Below are positions 1 through 17,717 of a DNA stretch of 64,000 nucleotides, piece after piece; the stretch's first letter is position 1; every line of letters starts with the position of its first letter. Origin of the DNA: the human T2T-CHM13v2.0 reference genome, Homo sapiens. The DNA is taken from the NCBI RefSeq assembly GCF_009914755.1, contig NC_060932.1; one strand, 5' to 3'. Position numbers and translations under genes: made by a program. Below the pieces are notes generated by a model. It saw nothing but the letters and a program-made list of their open reading frames with translations. It was not told the DNA's origin and ran no database searches.

Positions 1-37
1 TTCTTTCAGATTTCTATATGAGTTCAAACAAACTTTA

Positions 38-214
<177 letters not shown>

Positions 215-1202
215 CTAGAGAAATAAACAGAACAAAACAGTCAGTAGAGGGTCTCTTTAGTTCTAGAATAATATGTATCAGTTAAAAGCATCTCTAGATA
301 TCCACAGTCCAGACTAGGAGAAGGTGTCCATGACCAGAACACTTTGGAACCTGGAAGCCATCCTTTGAAATGGCAGTATTATGCTATCTGCTGTTTTAAG
401 ACAACCAAATATATAAAACCTCATACCTTCAACATAGCAGGAACAGCCAGATAAGGAAGTGATAATCTGGTTTTAAAAGAGCAATTTTTGCTTTAATAAA
501 AAGATGAATTGTAGCAATCCTTTAGATAGCAAGTTTCGTTTTCAAAGTACTTAACACAACAAAAGATCTAAATACAACCCTTCTAAAATACATTTATTAG
601 GTAAAAGAAGATGTAACTATGTAGTCTAATCTATGCCAGCTGCCTGAAGCAATGCAATCTGACTACCATGATCGGGCTTGAACCCAGATAAAACTACTTA
701 AGGGGGTACTAACTATTGCCACGCAGAAGCACCAAGCGGGTTCCTCAAGCAATCATGTGGTAAATGAGGCTCCAGGTTGGCCAGGCCCAGGAGCACTCTG
801 CTGCTCTTTTGCTCCTGGCAGCCTTGTCTGTGTTCATGGAGTTGCCAGAGCTTTCTATCAAAACGCCAATGGATGCCCACATTAGCTCCCAAGACACTGT
901 CTGCGATACTAACAGAACTCCTCAACAACCCAGGTAGTTTAATATTCTCTTCAAACAGTATATACCACACCTACCCCAGCTTCTCCCAAGGTAAAGAACT
1001 CCTCTACTGATCACTTAAAAGAGTCTTAGGGAGGACCAAGAAAAGTGAGAGACTGAGGGGATCCTGACAATCTGAAATTTTACTGTTACAGTAAGTAACG
1101 GCACATAAGCAAGTACTCAATTAATACTTGGCACGAAAACCACAGAACTGAGGATCAAGAGCGCTACTAACAGCAATAGAGAATCACAGAGCAGAGGTCA
1201 CA

Positions 1203-1230
1203 CATCATCATCATCATCATCATCATCATC
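1203..1230. repeat. (CAT)9 microsatellite
   Basis: Read directly. Confidence 0.95.
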
Positions 1231-1516
1231 AAGATTTACTATTAAACAGATCTCTGTGAGATATTCCTTTTAAATAAGTGATAGAAATCCTTTCATTTAA
1301 ATGCCATATTTCATAGATTCTAAGATGTACTTTTATCACATCTTAATATATGCAAAATCAACTGGCATTTTATAATCAAATGAAGTTTTAAAAATTATAA
1401 TTAGTACTTTTTCCATTTTAGTGATACATAAAATAGACAATAGAAAGTTGCACAATAGATGCAATATAGGTGGCCCTACTTATGAAATGGATGAGAGGAC
1501 AATTACTAAGTATCTA

Positions 1517-1705
<189 letters not shown>

Positions 1706-4700
1706 TTAGAGTACTTCAAACTTCCACAATTATCATCTTTTTGCCTCTCATTACTACCCAGGTAACAGGTTAAAAAAAAAACTGCATATGCAAAAATACT
1801 GGACGGTAAAATGACAAAATATATAATTCAAATAAATTACTGTATCTTGTCTCATATTTAAGTACTGAGATGAAAAAATTAATTTAGTTGCTATCAATTT
1901 GGATAGTTATGCTTAAAATACTATCCTAGAATTAAAGAAAATAATATTTGCTAAGTAGATTAACACACACAAAAATGTTTGATTTGTGTGAAGACCATAA
2001 CCATTTTTTCAAGTTCCCATTTTGAAAGCAGCTTTTGAAATATAATTTATCTGAGAACATCTAAAATTCTACTAAAGCTTTTCCCAAGGTATATTTATGG
2101 AACACAAATCCTGCAGGTACTAAGGATTTCGTGCTCAAATAAGGGCAAGAGGGCACATGCTTTTTCCCAACTTTCCTGGGGGACTCACAATGTGCATTAA
2201 TTCTTCCCATATAACCTCACATCTTATTTTTTAAACTGTCATTCAATTCAGCACACTGAAAGTTTCCAAGGAACTTTTGTAGTATACTATTACTAAACAT
2301 CTATGGTATACAATATTGTTTTTCAAAATCTCTCATGTTAGCCACACCAATACAACTTGTAATTATATTATTAGTACAACCCTTCCAAAATCAAGCACTA
2401 AGTGAAACAAATAATGACTGGCACTATAAATTAGAGTCAAGAAGCAGGAGCTAAGAGCATGGAAAGCAGTGTGTTGTTGGCTACTTTGTTTCCACTGCAT
2501 TCTGCCTCAAGCCCCACTATTCAAGAGGAACCGCTAGATAAAGAGGTTTTTCCTTCTTCACCACCACAGCTACAAATCACAGAATGAAATGGCTTGTTAT
2601 AAACTTCATCATCTAATATGAGCACTAAATGTATTAACTAAGCCTTACAGGTGACCTACAACTGCCAGACCACCTTCCTGAATACCTGGATTCTGAGTAA
2701 TTTCTTCTTCAAAGGAAGAGGAAGAATGAGTCTCCTTATGTAGATACAACGGGTGGCACCTCCCTCCCTAACTGTTTTACTTACCTCTTACATGTGCTAA
2801 ATTCTCAGTGAGCAATCTTAACTTGTCACAGCATGAAGATACAGAAGTAACACTATCTGAGTACAGTTTCATTTTGAGGGCTAAATATTACAACTAAATA
2901 CTTCCTATAATACGAATCAGAGAAACCTAAAAAATTTTGTGCTTTTTAAAGTATTTTTGTAAAAATGATAGAGTAAAAAACAGTGACAGACCATGAAGCT
3001 TTCCAAATTATGGTAAAGATAAATGCCAACTTTAAGGGCATCCAATCCAACTGTTAGGTCTCAGCACAGAGACATGAAAATAAAGTACCATTTATGTTAG
3101 CTAGATTTAGTCATATTTCATAATGTGTATATTTCAAAACATCATGTTGTACATGATAAATATATACAATTTTATCTGTCAATTAAAAAATCGAAAATAT
3201 TCAATAAATGCTAATTACTTTTCTGGAAACAGAAGGGAGAGGGGAGAGAGGAAGGGAGGGAGGAAGGGAGGAAAATAAACTACAATTTATTTCCTAAGAT
3301 CTGTGAGAGAAGGCCAAAAATGTTTAAAGCTCTTACAGTAACCAAATTGCTCAAGAAAACATCAGGAGAAATAAAATCTCTGAGAAAATTACTATCAAGT
3401 CTTCTCCAGTAAATGAAGAGTTCATGCCACTTCCTTAGAATGGCAAGATGTATGGCATTTTATTGATGATTAAAAAAAAAAAAACAAAACTTTAGTGAAC
3501 CTTATTATGTGAAAAATAGTAAACTGAAAACAAGCATTATGATCTACTTTATTCCAATCTAGTTCTCACTGAAAACATTTTAAAAGCTCCTTACTTTATT
3601 AGAACCAAGCCCACTGGGATGATACTGCTAATCTAAAGGGAATCATCTAGAAAAAAAACTACTGGAAAACCAAAATATTTCTAGAAATATTATAAACAAC
3701 TGCTGTTCTCTCACAGAAAAAAAAGATCTATCATATAGAAAGAACATGAGACTACAGGAAATGAAATGTAGTTATAAAGATTATGAATACTCCTAGCCCT
3801 AGAGAATCTTGTTGGGGGCTGCTTTTAGTGATCTTCCTGGCAGGACCTAGGTCTCAGCTATCAAACAGGTAGCTGTACGGTGGCTTTGATCAACTGCACA
3901 TGAAGTGTCACCTCCACACTGGAAGTTGATTCTAAAGTCTGCCACAATGCTGATAACCCAGCCCATGGAATCAGGGCTGTGCTGCAGCTGGGCATGCTTC
4001 TCTAACTTCTAGAATGATGCAATTATTATTCTCAGGAATTTCTACAGTACCTTCTGGCTTCTGAACATGGCCCAACATAGTAGCAGTTTGTGCAGTCAAC
4101 TTGTAGCAAATTTTTAATGTAACAATAAAAATTATACCAAATATTACTTAAATCTAAGATTATGGTACAAGTCAAGTGAGATCAACCTAGATACACATGC
4201 TACATGGAGCAGCGTAGGCCCAGTGATTAATGGTTATGGCTATGCAGTAAGAGAGAAGTGAGCTTCAAGTTCTGCCACTTATACACTGTACTGTCTGGGA
4301 CCAGGTCTGCAAAATGAATACAGTAATATTCATCTCACAGAATTACACCAGAGATGCTTAGTCCAGTACCAAGCTCAATGGATGGTAATTACAGCTGCTA
4401 TTACTTAACGATTATTATTTGTATTCTTCTTCCATCAATTTTACTCAATAATTTAATAGCCAAAGGCATTAGGGATTCTATTTGGTTTCTTCTTCAGTAA
4501 CTGGGATGACGAGAATAATCAAACTGGTTCTAGTGACAATCTCATAATCTAAGCATCAAATAAAGTCCAGAGGAGAATCAAAAGGCAGAGGAATCTTCCT
4601 AGGCTACTCTATCACCTAGGAATCTACCTCTTTAGGATCTCAAAGCTAAGCTCAAAGCAGCACAGGAGCAGAGGGCATCCAATGATCATAATTTCTTTTG

Positions 4701-5717
4701 CCTTAAGCCCATCTATGTCATGCTCTTAATGGCAGAGTAGGTTTCGCAATGAACCTACTGATAAACCAAATGAAACAGTATTATTGCTTCATTGTTTTTG
4801 ATTTTTAAAGACAGGGATACAAGATTACTTAATAGGCAATGCATACACAAATATCTGGATATGAAAGAACATTCCGTAAAGTATAATCCCACTTCCCAAA
4901 AGACGTTTTTCTTGTGATCTTTGCATTTTTGTTTGCTCCTATTGCCCTGTTTTTGTACGTTACAGTGTTTGAAACCTTTAATAAGAAAATAATTTATAAG
5001 CAGTTTAGCACGAAATAATAAATAGGCATTAACAAAATTAAGAATAGAGGTTTATTATTTGGAAAATGTAAGATCTCCAAACATTTTAGTCACCTCAAGT
5101 TTCAAGCTCATTTAAGTAAATATAATTTTTTTAAAAAATGTAACCAAGAGAACTACGAATATAAAGATAGAAAAAAAGTCATAATTACTCAAGAACCTAT
5201 TAAAAATTACAGGATATTTTCTAATTGAAAACTCAAAGAACCCTATCCAATGGATGAAAAAATATACAGAAAATGTCTAAAACTGCTTAAGGAAGTTGAT
5301 GAATTTTACAAGTTCCTATCCTGTTTCTGCTTTCTACTGGTTCCTATTATACTTTTTTTGGTTATTTTTTGATGGCATTATTTATTCTTTCACTGATAAC
5401 TAGTCTCCTCACACCTGTTTCTAATGAAAATCTCATCAGAACAAAAGCTACATTTTCAATAAATCCTTTAAATATCTATCTTAAAAGAAAACAGTTTATG
5501 ATTCCATTCTCATCATTCTCTTGAACAAAAGTAAATGCTAGCCCTCTATTTCCATTCCTGAATCTATTTCCTCTCCCCACCTTGAGTAGACAAGGGGCCT
5601 GTGGTTTCCATCTATCTGTACTATAGTCTCCGGAACAGTTGACAGACATGTGGAAAAGCTTTCTTTTCTAAGTTGAGTGCTCTTGTGATTTGGGCAGCTT
5701 GCAAAGAGCTCACTTAA

Positions 5718-6058
<341 letters not shown>

Positions 6059-6879
6059 CCTTGGCGTATTTCTTCTCGGTCATAAAAGATCTTGGCTATT
6101 CAGAATTCCTGAGGAATGAGTTAACTTGAACGCTGAGTTCTGTAGGTAGTTGAGGAAGTTCCTGCCTTCCTTTAACATATATACATATACAATACATACA
6201 TGTATAATATATATGTATAATATGGAAATGCAAATACAATGTAACCTTATCTTAAAGTCACATTAATTGTTGTCAGCTCATGAAACAGTGTGCTTCCTTA
6301 AAGATACACCACAGTGTTTGGGGCTAACTGATCCCACAGTAAATGGCCCTCAATTGCTGTGTTTCATGAGCTTGTGTGTTAGTTTCCTGGGGTTTTGCTT
6401 TTTCTTCTGTTTTTGTTAGCTGTCACTTTGAGGTCAGTGTCTGAAATGGCATTCTTACCCCTATTTTTCTACTTCGACTGTAGACTAGAGAAGCAAGTTA
6501 TTATATGGAAAGAAAAAGTAAAAAGATAAATAAGTTTTACTGGATGGCCCTTTTAACAACTATACTGGCCTATTCCTAGTTTCTTGGCAACAACCCATGT
6601 TAAGGCACTCAACATATTGTAAGGTACTAAATAAATTTTGCTAATATTTTGGCCAGGCAATGTTACTACATGGGTGAAAACTTACATGATGAGAATATTC
6701 TGAACATGTATTTAACCCACAAAGCACCATGATGTATTATTTCTTGTAACACCCTACTAAATGGGAAACTGAGGCATAAGTAGTTTATAGATTAGAGAGC
6801 ATTAATGTCACTACAATTAACTAGTATTTAATTTTTTGATCTCATTTCATCTTTTAATTTTAACCATAAAGAAAAAATA

Positions 6880-7085
6880 TAATAACTGACATTATTGAGC
6901 ACTTACCATTTTCTAAGTGATTTACATGTTGTAGCTCATTTAATGTCCTCAATATCCCCACGAAGTAAGTACTATTACTATCTCTGCTTTACAGATGAGG
7001 AAACTGAGGCACAGAGCAGTTGGGCAGCTTTTAAGGTTACACAACTTACCAATTTCAGAGCTGAGTCATGAAACCACTTTAGCTC
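6880..7085 (-). mobile_element. MIR
   Basis: MIR core tttacagatgaggaaactgaggcacagag. Confidence 0.8.
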
Positions 7086-7578
7086 CACCAAGCTGGTGAG
7101 TGATCAATGTTTATTAATATATCTGGAAGCCCAAACTATTTATATATAATTTTTACACCAATTGTCCAATTATTTCTGGGAAAACAAACCATTTATTAAG
7201 TTTGTCAAATTATAAATATTTATTTACATCAAAGACTAATCAACTGAAACTTTATATTAATTTATATATGAGTTCTTCTCTTTTTCAAAATTCTTAGTGA
7301 TAGGAGTGAAGACAAATTTCTCTTAAAAAAAAAAATAAAAAAGCATTCCCCTTTTATTGTGACCATGCATTCGGGTTTCTCATTTTAAACATCAGCGTCT
7401 GAGAGGTTACAGAAGAGAACATCTAAAGCAAACTGGGATGAAGTGGCTGCCAAAGCCGCTGCTATTATGGACATTTAAAAGCCCCCAGTTTCCTCAAATG
7501 TAAAGGATAAGGTGGACTCAAACATCTTCAAGATCCCTTCCAGTTCCAGACTTCTATGGATCTCAAAACAGAAGGTCA

Positions 7579-7734
<156 letters not shown>

Positions 7735-9350
7735 TCAAAAGTTAGCTAAATTAGACACACTGAGATAACAAAGAAAGTTCTGAATCTAAATGTTGTCTTC
7801 TCAGGACTCCAAAGGAGTAAAACAAAAACAAAAGCCAGAACAAGCTAACATATTTTGAAATAAGTTATATTATTCCTTAAACAGAGCACCCAGATGAAAA
7901 ATAAAAATGCTAATAAATCTCTTAGAACCAAATGCATTGGGTGTTGCTGCATTTCTACATTTAATAACAGTAAAAATATTTTCCTCAATTAAACTCACTC
8001 TTAATGACTTAATATTAAAGAGAAACTGCTGATACTTGGTGATATAAGATAAAGAATAATTTACAAGTGAGGGAGGGGGACACTGCATATTTGCTGAAGT
8101 CCTACCACACTGCCTCCGCTGACAACAATGGAGATGCCCTACTGAATATGTAAGCACACAAAGGATGATTTTTTAGTTTGGGAAAGTAGATATTTAAGAG
8201 AAATACAAAAAGAATCTGACAAAACAAGTATCAAGAGAGTCTTCATTTCATACTATGCCTAAAATTCCCTTCATTAGTAGCTCTGCATAGATTTAACCAA
8301 AGAAAGACACTCTGTTATATACAGACCTTCTCTTTTTTCTGCCTTCTCTTTACAATGAAAACAATCTCTATACCCCTCATCCCTGCAATAGTCTGAACTA
8401 CATTATCTAAACAGAGAATAATTTTTAAAGCCTTTATGACTTCCCTGACTTTCCAGATCAGAAATTCAAACATAAGTACGTAGCTCAAGAAAATAAAGGC
8501 TGTTAAGGGTCTTAACATGTTAACTCAAGGGCAACATGACTTGCTCTGCACCCAGTCTAGCAACAGATGCATATACACACTCATGTCCATGTGTGTGAGT
8601 GCAGATATATCATGGATGCTCTACAAATACTAACTGACAAGAAAAAGACAAAAGAGTTTAGCCTAACCAAAAACAAGCATTAATAACTCTTCCCCAAAAG
8701 GATAACTGAAATTATCCTTCAATTTTATGCTTTAAAGACCACTAAGAGACTAGTAAAAATCCCTTGTTGGAGCATGCAGACACACATACATATTTTATAA
8801 CAAAACTAAAAGAAATTTTTATTCATTGGTTTTATATAAATCCGTTTAAAGAAGCCTCTTCACCATAACTCATTAGAGACCTTCTGGTCTTTCTAACCAT
8901 TCTCTTTTATAAAAGGCCAAGGGACTTATCTCAGGTTTCATACTGGAATGTAGCCAAATGAAACCTCAAGCTCTTCCTTAGACACCTCAAAACAAAAGAC
9001 AAAGATCTGTTTGTGGGATGAATTGTGTTATAACACCACCAAGTACTGGGGCTCCTCCAAATACAAAACCAAAAACAATGAAGAATACATAATACAGGGT
9101 TAAAATAAGATTTCTTTCATTTCTCAAAACCCAAACAGAACTTTGTAAAAAGATTTTTTAAAGGCTGTTTTTAAACTACATTCTAGAATCAACTACTCTA
9201 ACTCATAAAGTACTATCTTTTCATCTATCTTCACAACTCAAAGTAATAACAACAGTATAGGAAACTTTCAAAATAACTAAATACCAGAAACCAGATCTAA
9301 CTTCCTGAGGCAAGGATCAGATAGAAAGCCCAAAAGCTGAAGTCATGCAC

Positions 9351-9620
9351 CTGCTGCGGCACTGTCTGTTGTTTGAGGGTCTTCCCATCAGCTGCCCGCT
9401 GCTCTTCTAGGCGGATGCCCGATGTGAAAGTGGATATCCAGTTCCAGTACAGCTGTTTGCACATCACCACAACTGCGCACGTCTGTCCAGAATGGGACCT
9501 GTGGTAGGTTCCCCTCTGCCCACACCCGCCTTTAACCTTTGCACCGTGAAACGTTCCTGCACATGCGCTCATGTGTGAGCCCGCCTCCACTCCCAGCTCC
9601 CCTGAGCAAGCCTCCACAGC
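9351..9620 (-). promoter_or_regulatory. Candidate internal promoter / alternative first exon of KAT6A in intron 8
   Basis: Non-repeat GC- and CpG-enriched patch with GC boxes (GGCGGG at about 9525 and 9580), a CCACACCC box and an NRF1-like GCACATGCGC. Open frame from ATG 9572 or 9464 to a phase-0 donor CAG|gtgcat at 9351. Confidence 0.55.
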
Positions 9621-10867
9621 AAGGGTGTTTCCTTTTACGAAGATTTAGAAATCAGCAAGGCTCTCTACACAGGGAGGAAGAAATGGCTACACAGAAACCA
9701 CTCATTCCAGTCCTAGCCAAAATCAAACTGTCATATCTGAACTACAAGGTTACCTTTGCTAGGTCTTTTTATTTTAACATTTCAACCAAAGTACGTTTTC
9801 GCTAAACATGTGACTTTCCAAAGCAGCAGGTGTCTAATATAATCAAGGGCACAAAATATATTTAAATGTTTAACTCAAATTCTGCCACTTCATGTCCTCC
9901 TAATTTAAATATGCCAAATTATTTAAAAGAAGACGTATGTTCCAGGCTAGAATTGACCTTTTAATCTAAGATAACTAACAGGGGGTAGCAAGGGGGTGGA
10001 TTAAATACACTAATAATTGGGCTAAACCAAAAGAAAACTTTATGCCTACTGCTAGATAATAAAGCTTTTATTACCACCAGTTTATATGAAAAGAGTATTA
10101 CTCTTCTACAAAAACTTAAGCTTCAATTAAATGACTCATCTAATTCCAGTTTGTAACATAAAAAAGGCCATTCTTGCAGTATCCCCAACTCTGGATCTGG
10201 TAGGGACACCAAAATTGTGTAAATAATTTAACAATTTCTGTAAACACAGAGCTGCTGCCTTCCCCCATCTGTCCACTGGAGCGCTCTCACTTGCCCTTCC
10301 CTCTCCATTCCCCAAGGGGGTGCAATGTTTTGAGGAGAGAGGGAGGTACCCCTTTATTATCAGTGTGAGGCTGGGAATGTGGGGAGAAGAGATGGCTTTC
10401 TGGCATTTGAACATTTTCCCACAGAAACACTACAGTAAGTAATTCCATTCATTAGGGATTAAAAGTTACATGATGAAAGAGGTATGAAAGAATGAATTCA
10501 CATGCTCCACAACAGAGAGAGCATGAATTTAAGGACTAGAGAAAATCATGTTCGTGGAGCACCTATTGTGCTAGACTCTGACCTGAGCCTTATGTCGTTA
10601 CCTCCTTTGGTCCCCACAATCCATCCTTCAAAGTAGAAAACAATATACCCACTCTGCAGATGAAAAAATAAGCTTCAGATAAGCCTCAGGTTAAGAGGCA
10701 AAAGCACCGGGCAGGAACAGCGAGTGAAGCATAAAGACAGAAAAGAATGACATGGGTTGAGATGTGACGGAAGTAACGACAGCCCTCAACTAATTCCTCC
10801 CTAAATTCCCAAAGTTTATGGGTAAGTTTTTAAAAACGGGAACTTGGTTTTCCAAAGAAATGAAGCT

Positions 10868-11179
10868 ACAAGTCCACAAACTTTTAACCCAAAACCCTTG
10901 GACTGGAGTAGAATGTGTTTTGGAATTCTGAATTTTTCTGATTTTAGAAAAGTATTAGTACATATATGTGTATAGTACATGCATGTGTATAGCCCTAGTA
11001 GGATTTGGAGCAGCACTCCATAATCAGACACACTAAAATTTCTTTAGCAAAGCATATGAATATTCACATTAACTGGCATAAGTAAGGAATACAAATAGTC
11101 TCACATCAGCTCAGATCATGTTTTTGTCAGTAACTCAGTTCAGGTCAAGTGGGACTTTATTGCAAAATGAGTTAGAAAA
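10868..11179 (+). mobile_element. MER46C/Tigger-type DNA transposon fragment hosting the AluY/L1MB nest
   Basis: Recognised consensus-like sequence (gaatgtgttttggaattctgaatttttctgattttagaaaag). Confidence 0.6.
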
Positions 11180-11483
11180 GGCCGGGCGTGGTGGCTCACG
11201 CCTGTAATCCCAGCACTCTGGGAGGCTGAGGTGGGCGGATCACGAGGTCAGGAGATCGAGACCATCCTGGCTAACAAGGTGAAACCCCATCTCTACTAAA
11301 AATACAAAAAATTAGCTGAGGAGCTTGGTGGCGGGCACCTGTAGTCCCAGCTACTCAGAGGCTGAGGCAGGAGAATGGGGTGAACCCAGGAGGCAGAGCT
11401 TGCAATGAGCCCAGATCGCGCCACTGCACTCCAGCCTGGGTGACAGAGCCAGACTCTGTCTCGAAAAAAAAAAAAAAAAAAAA
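11180..11483 (+). mobile_element. AluY
   Basis: Diagnostic gagatcgagaccatcctggctaac and gagcttgca; polyA. Confidence 0.93.
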
Positions 11484-11978
11484 GTTGGAAAAGTTTCTTT
11501 CCATTCTCCAAAGAAGATATACAGATGGCCAATAAGCTCATGAAAAGATGCTCAACATCACTAATAATTAGGAAAATGTAAATCAAACCACAATCAGATA
11601 CTACTTCACACCCATTAGGATGGTTATTATTTTTAAATGCAAAACACCAGAAAATAACAGATGTTGGTGAAGATGTGGAAAAATCAGAACCCTTGTCCCA
11701 TTGCTGGCGGGAATACAAAATGGCACAGCTGCTGTGGAAAACAGTATGATGGTTCCTCAAAAAAGTAAACAGAATTACCACATAATCTAGCAATTCCACT
11801 GCTGATTATAGACCCCACAGAACTGAAAGCAGTTCTTTGTATATGGGTATCTATTTGCATACTCATGTTCATAGCAGCACTATTTACAACCCAAGTATCC
11901 ACTGACAGATGAATGGATAAACCAAATGTGGTACATACGTACAATGGAATATTCTCCAGCCTTAAAAAGGAAGGCAAT

Positions 11979-12379
<401 letters not shown>

Positions 12380-12600
12380 CTACTTATGGTACCTAGAGTA
12401 GACAAATTAATAAAGGCAGAAGACAGAATGATGCTTACCAGGGGTGGGGGTAGGGGTGGGGGGTTGGGAGTTGTTTAATGGGTACAGAGTTCCAGTTTTG
12501 CAAGATGAAAAAGTTCTGGAAATAGATGATGGTGATGATTGCACAACAAGGTGAATGTCTTTAATGCCACTGAATTGTACACTTAAAAATGGTCTGGTTA

Positions 12601-12830
12601 GGCCGGGCGCAGTGGCTCATGCCTGTAATCCCAGCACTTTGGGAGGCCAAGGCCGGCGGATCACGATCGAGACCATCCTGGCTAGCAAGGTGAAACCCCG
12701 TCTCTACTAAAAATACAAAGAATGGCGAGAACCCGGGAGGCGGAGCTTGCAGTGAGCCAAGATGACGCCGCTGTACTCCAGCCTGGGTGACAGAGTAAGA
12801 CTCCGTCTCAAAAAAAAAAAAAAAAAAAAA
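12601..12830 (+). mobile_element. AluY-like with two internal deletions
   Basis: Both Alu ends intact, TSD gtctggtta, about 70 bp shorter than consensus. Confidence 0.9.
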
Positions 12831-12929
12831 GTCTGGTTAAAATAACTTTTACATTATGTATATTTTACCACAATTATTTTTTTTCAAATTTTCAGGACTC
12901 CTTAAATTTCAGGATTCTGGATATTGTGA

Positions 12930-15510
<2,581 letters not shown>

Positions 15511-16676
15511 ATTAGATAAATATTATCTTTGATAAAAATTTTAAACAATCACATGTGCTGGTAACACAGCAAATCTCCCACCCAAGGTCTCCTGTATATA
15601 CATGTACACAACCATCTACCAAAGTTCTCCACTTTAGATTTCACACAATCCCACAACTGTGTAAGCATGGTCTCTTCTTCCATCTAAATAAGCTTCTTTT
15701 CCTATATTCCTACATGTAATACCATCATCTACTCCAAATAGAACACTAGAAGACCTACTTGGTTCTGCCCTCTCCTTCAATCCTAACTCCCAATCCAACA
15801 GCAGTCTTTTCCATTCTATCTTAAGTCTTTCTCAAAACGATTATCTATCTCTGTCTCCTATCTATCTCTTCTACCTTCATTTAGGCCCCAGTCACTTTTC
15901 ATTTTGACTACTGTAATCATCTGACTGGTCCCTTGCTCAGGTGTTCCTCAATCCATTGCTGACAATATCACCAGACTTGAGTTTCTAAAATACAAATATG
16001 ATGTCATCCACTTTTTAGAAATTCTTTAGCAGTTCCTCAAGAGCTATTTAGCTACTACTTAACTACTTTAAAGAGCTACTTTACCTGCAAGATTAAGTAC
16101 AAACTCCTTAATATGAAACACAAAATCTTCATGATCTAGTACCCCTCCAATATCATCTCTTGTTTGAACTCCAACCAACTGCACACAGCTCCGAGAATAC
16201 ACGATTTCTCACACCCAAACTTGCTACTAGAAATGCCTTCTCACTCTTCTCCAATAGTAAACTTACTCATCCCTTCAGCACCCTACACAAATGTCACCTC
16301 CTCTACAAAGACTTAAAATTTTAGTTAACCACAATAACTAAAAATAGAACAATAACATCCCTAGATGTCTTCCTGTTCATTCTCACTGCAATTTATGCAT
16401 ATCTCCACAGTAATACTATATCATAAATTAAGCAGTTAAGGCCATGGAGTCAGAATACCAGGGTTCAAATATTGACTCTGAAACTTAACAATTTATAACT
16501 CTAGGTAAAACAATCCTTCTAATGTTTCCATTTCTTCATTTGTAAGATGAGGCCAAGTAATTAATAATAAAGTTGTATTAAATGAAACAAATTAATATAT
16601 AATGCTGAATATAGTATTTTACATATAATAAGAGGGTATCTATTACTAACCACATGGCTTTAATTACTTGTTTATT

Positions 16677-17288
16677 CAATAGTCCCCCTTATCCACCCAC
16701 TGGGAATACACCTTTCCAAAACCTACAGTGAATACCTGAAAACTGCAGATAGTATTAAATGTTATACAAGTTGAGTATCCCTAATCTGAAAATCTGAAAC
16801 CTGAAATGCTCCAAAATCTGAAACGTTTTGAGCACTAATGATACTCAAACGAAATGCTCGTAAGAACACTGCAGATTTTGAATTCAGGATGCTCGACGGC
16901 TAAGCATATGATGCAAATATTCCAAAATCTGAAAAAAAAAAAAAAAAATCAAAATCCAAAACACTTCTGGTCCCAAGCATTTTGGATAAGGGATAGTCAA
17001 CCTGTATATACTATGTTTTTTCCTATTCATCCATACCCATGATATTTAATTTATAAATTAGGCACAGTAAGAGATTAACAACAATAACTAAAAACAGAAC
17101 AATTAAAACGATGTACTGTAATAACAGTTACGTGAATGTGGTCTCTCTCAAAATATCCTATTGCATGGTATGCACCCTTCTGATGATGATGAGGAGGAGG
17201 AGACGATGATAATAAAATTCAGACCTTGGCAAGCCAAGGGTAACTGAAACCATGGAAAGCAAAACCACAGATAAAAGGGGGATTACTG
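16677..17288. mobile_element. MER44/Tigger7-type DNA transposon
   Basis: TIR-like ends caatagtcccccttatcc ... gataaaagggggattactg, with internal MER44 motifs. Confidence 0.75.
16767..17004. mobile_element. Tigger4a (MER46A/Zombi) nested inside MER44
   Basis: TIRs caagttgagtatccct / agggatagtcaacctg flanked by TA. Confidence 0.8.
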
Positions 17289-17529
17289 TAAATACAGGAG
17301 ATAGGGTGATTATTGGCCCATCAGATCAACAAATATTTGAGGACCTACTACATGCAAGTCACACTGTGGAGATGATATAGAAAACACAGTATCTGCCCAT
17401 AAAGGTGTTGTAAGACAGGCAGTCCTTGTTTTTGATGGCACTGTGTTAATGGAAACAGGTACACATCAGAATTGTGTCCGTGCTTCTGAGGTGACAGATT
17501 TGACCTTAGTTCTGATATGCATGGGTTTT

Positions 17530-17717
17530 TTGTATGTTGTAATAAAACTTTATTTACGAACGCTAACATTTTTCACATAATTTTCACATGTCCATAAATA
17601 TTATTCTTTTTATTTTTGTCCAACTGTTTAAAAATATTAAAACCATCCTCAGCTTGCAGGTCATACAAAACAGGCTGTGGATGGGACTGGGCCACAGGCC
17701 ATATTTTGCCAACCCTA
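17530..17717. mobile_element. MER58-type hAT fragment
   Basis: aataaaactttatttac and terminal ggccacaggccatattttgccaaccct. Confidence 0.65.

Noticed and set aside
2785-2926. Perfect donor GAG|gtaagt at 2785 with possible acceptors at 2904 or 2926
   Set aside because: GTAAGT occurs several times by chance in these AT-rich introns (e.g. about 6901 and 7045), the acceptors are weak, and there is no other support.
9351-9498. Reading the intron-8 GC patch as a cassette exon from ccacag|GTCCC at 9498
   Set aside because: The sequence upstream of the AG is purine/G-rich with no polypyrimidine tract. A first-exon model fits better, although a poison-cassette reading is not fully excluded.
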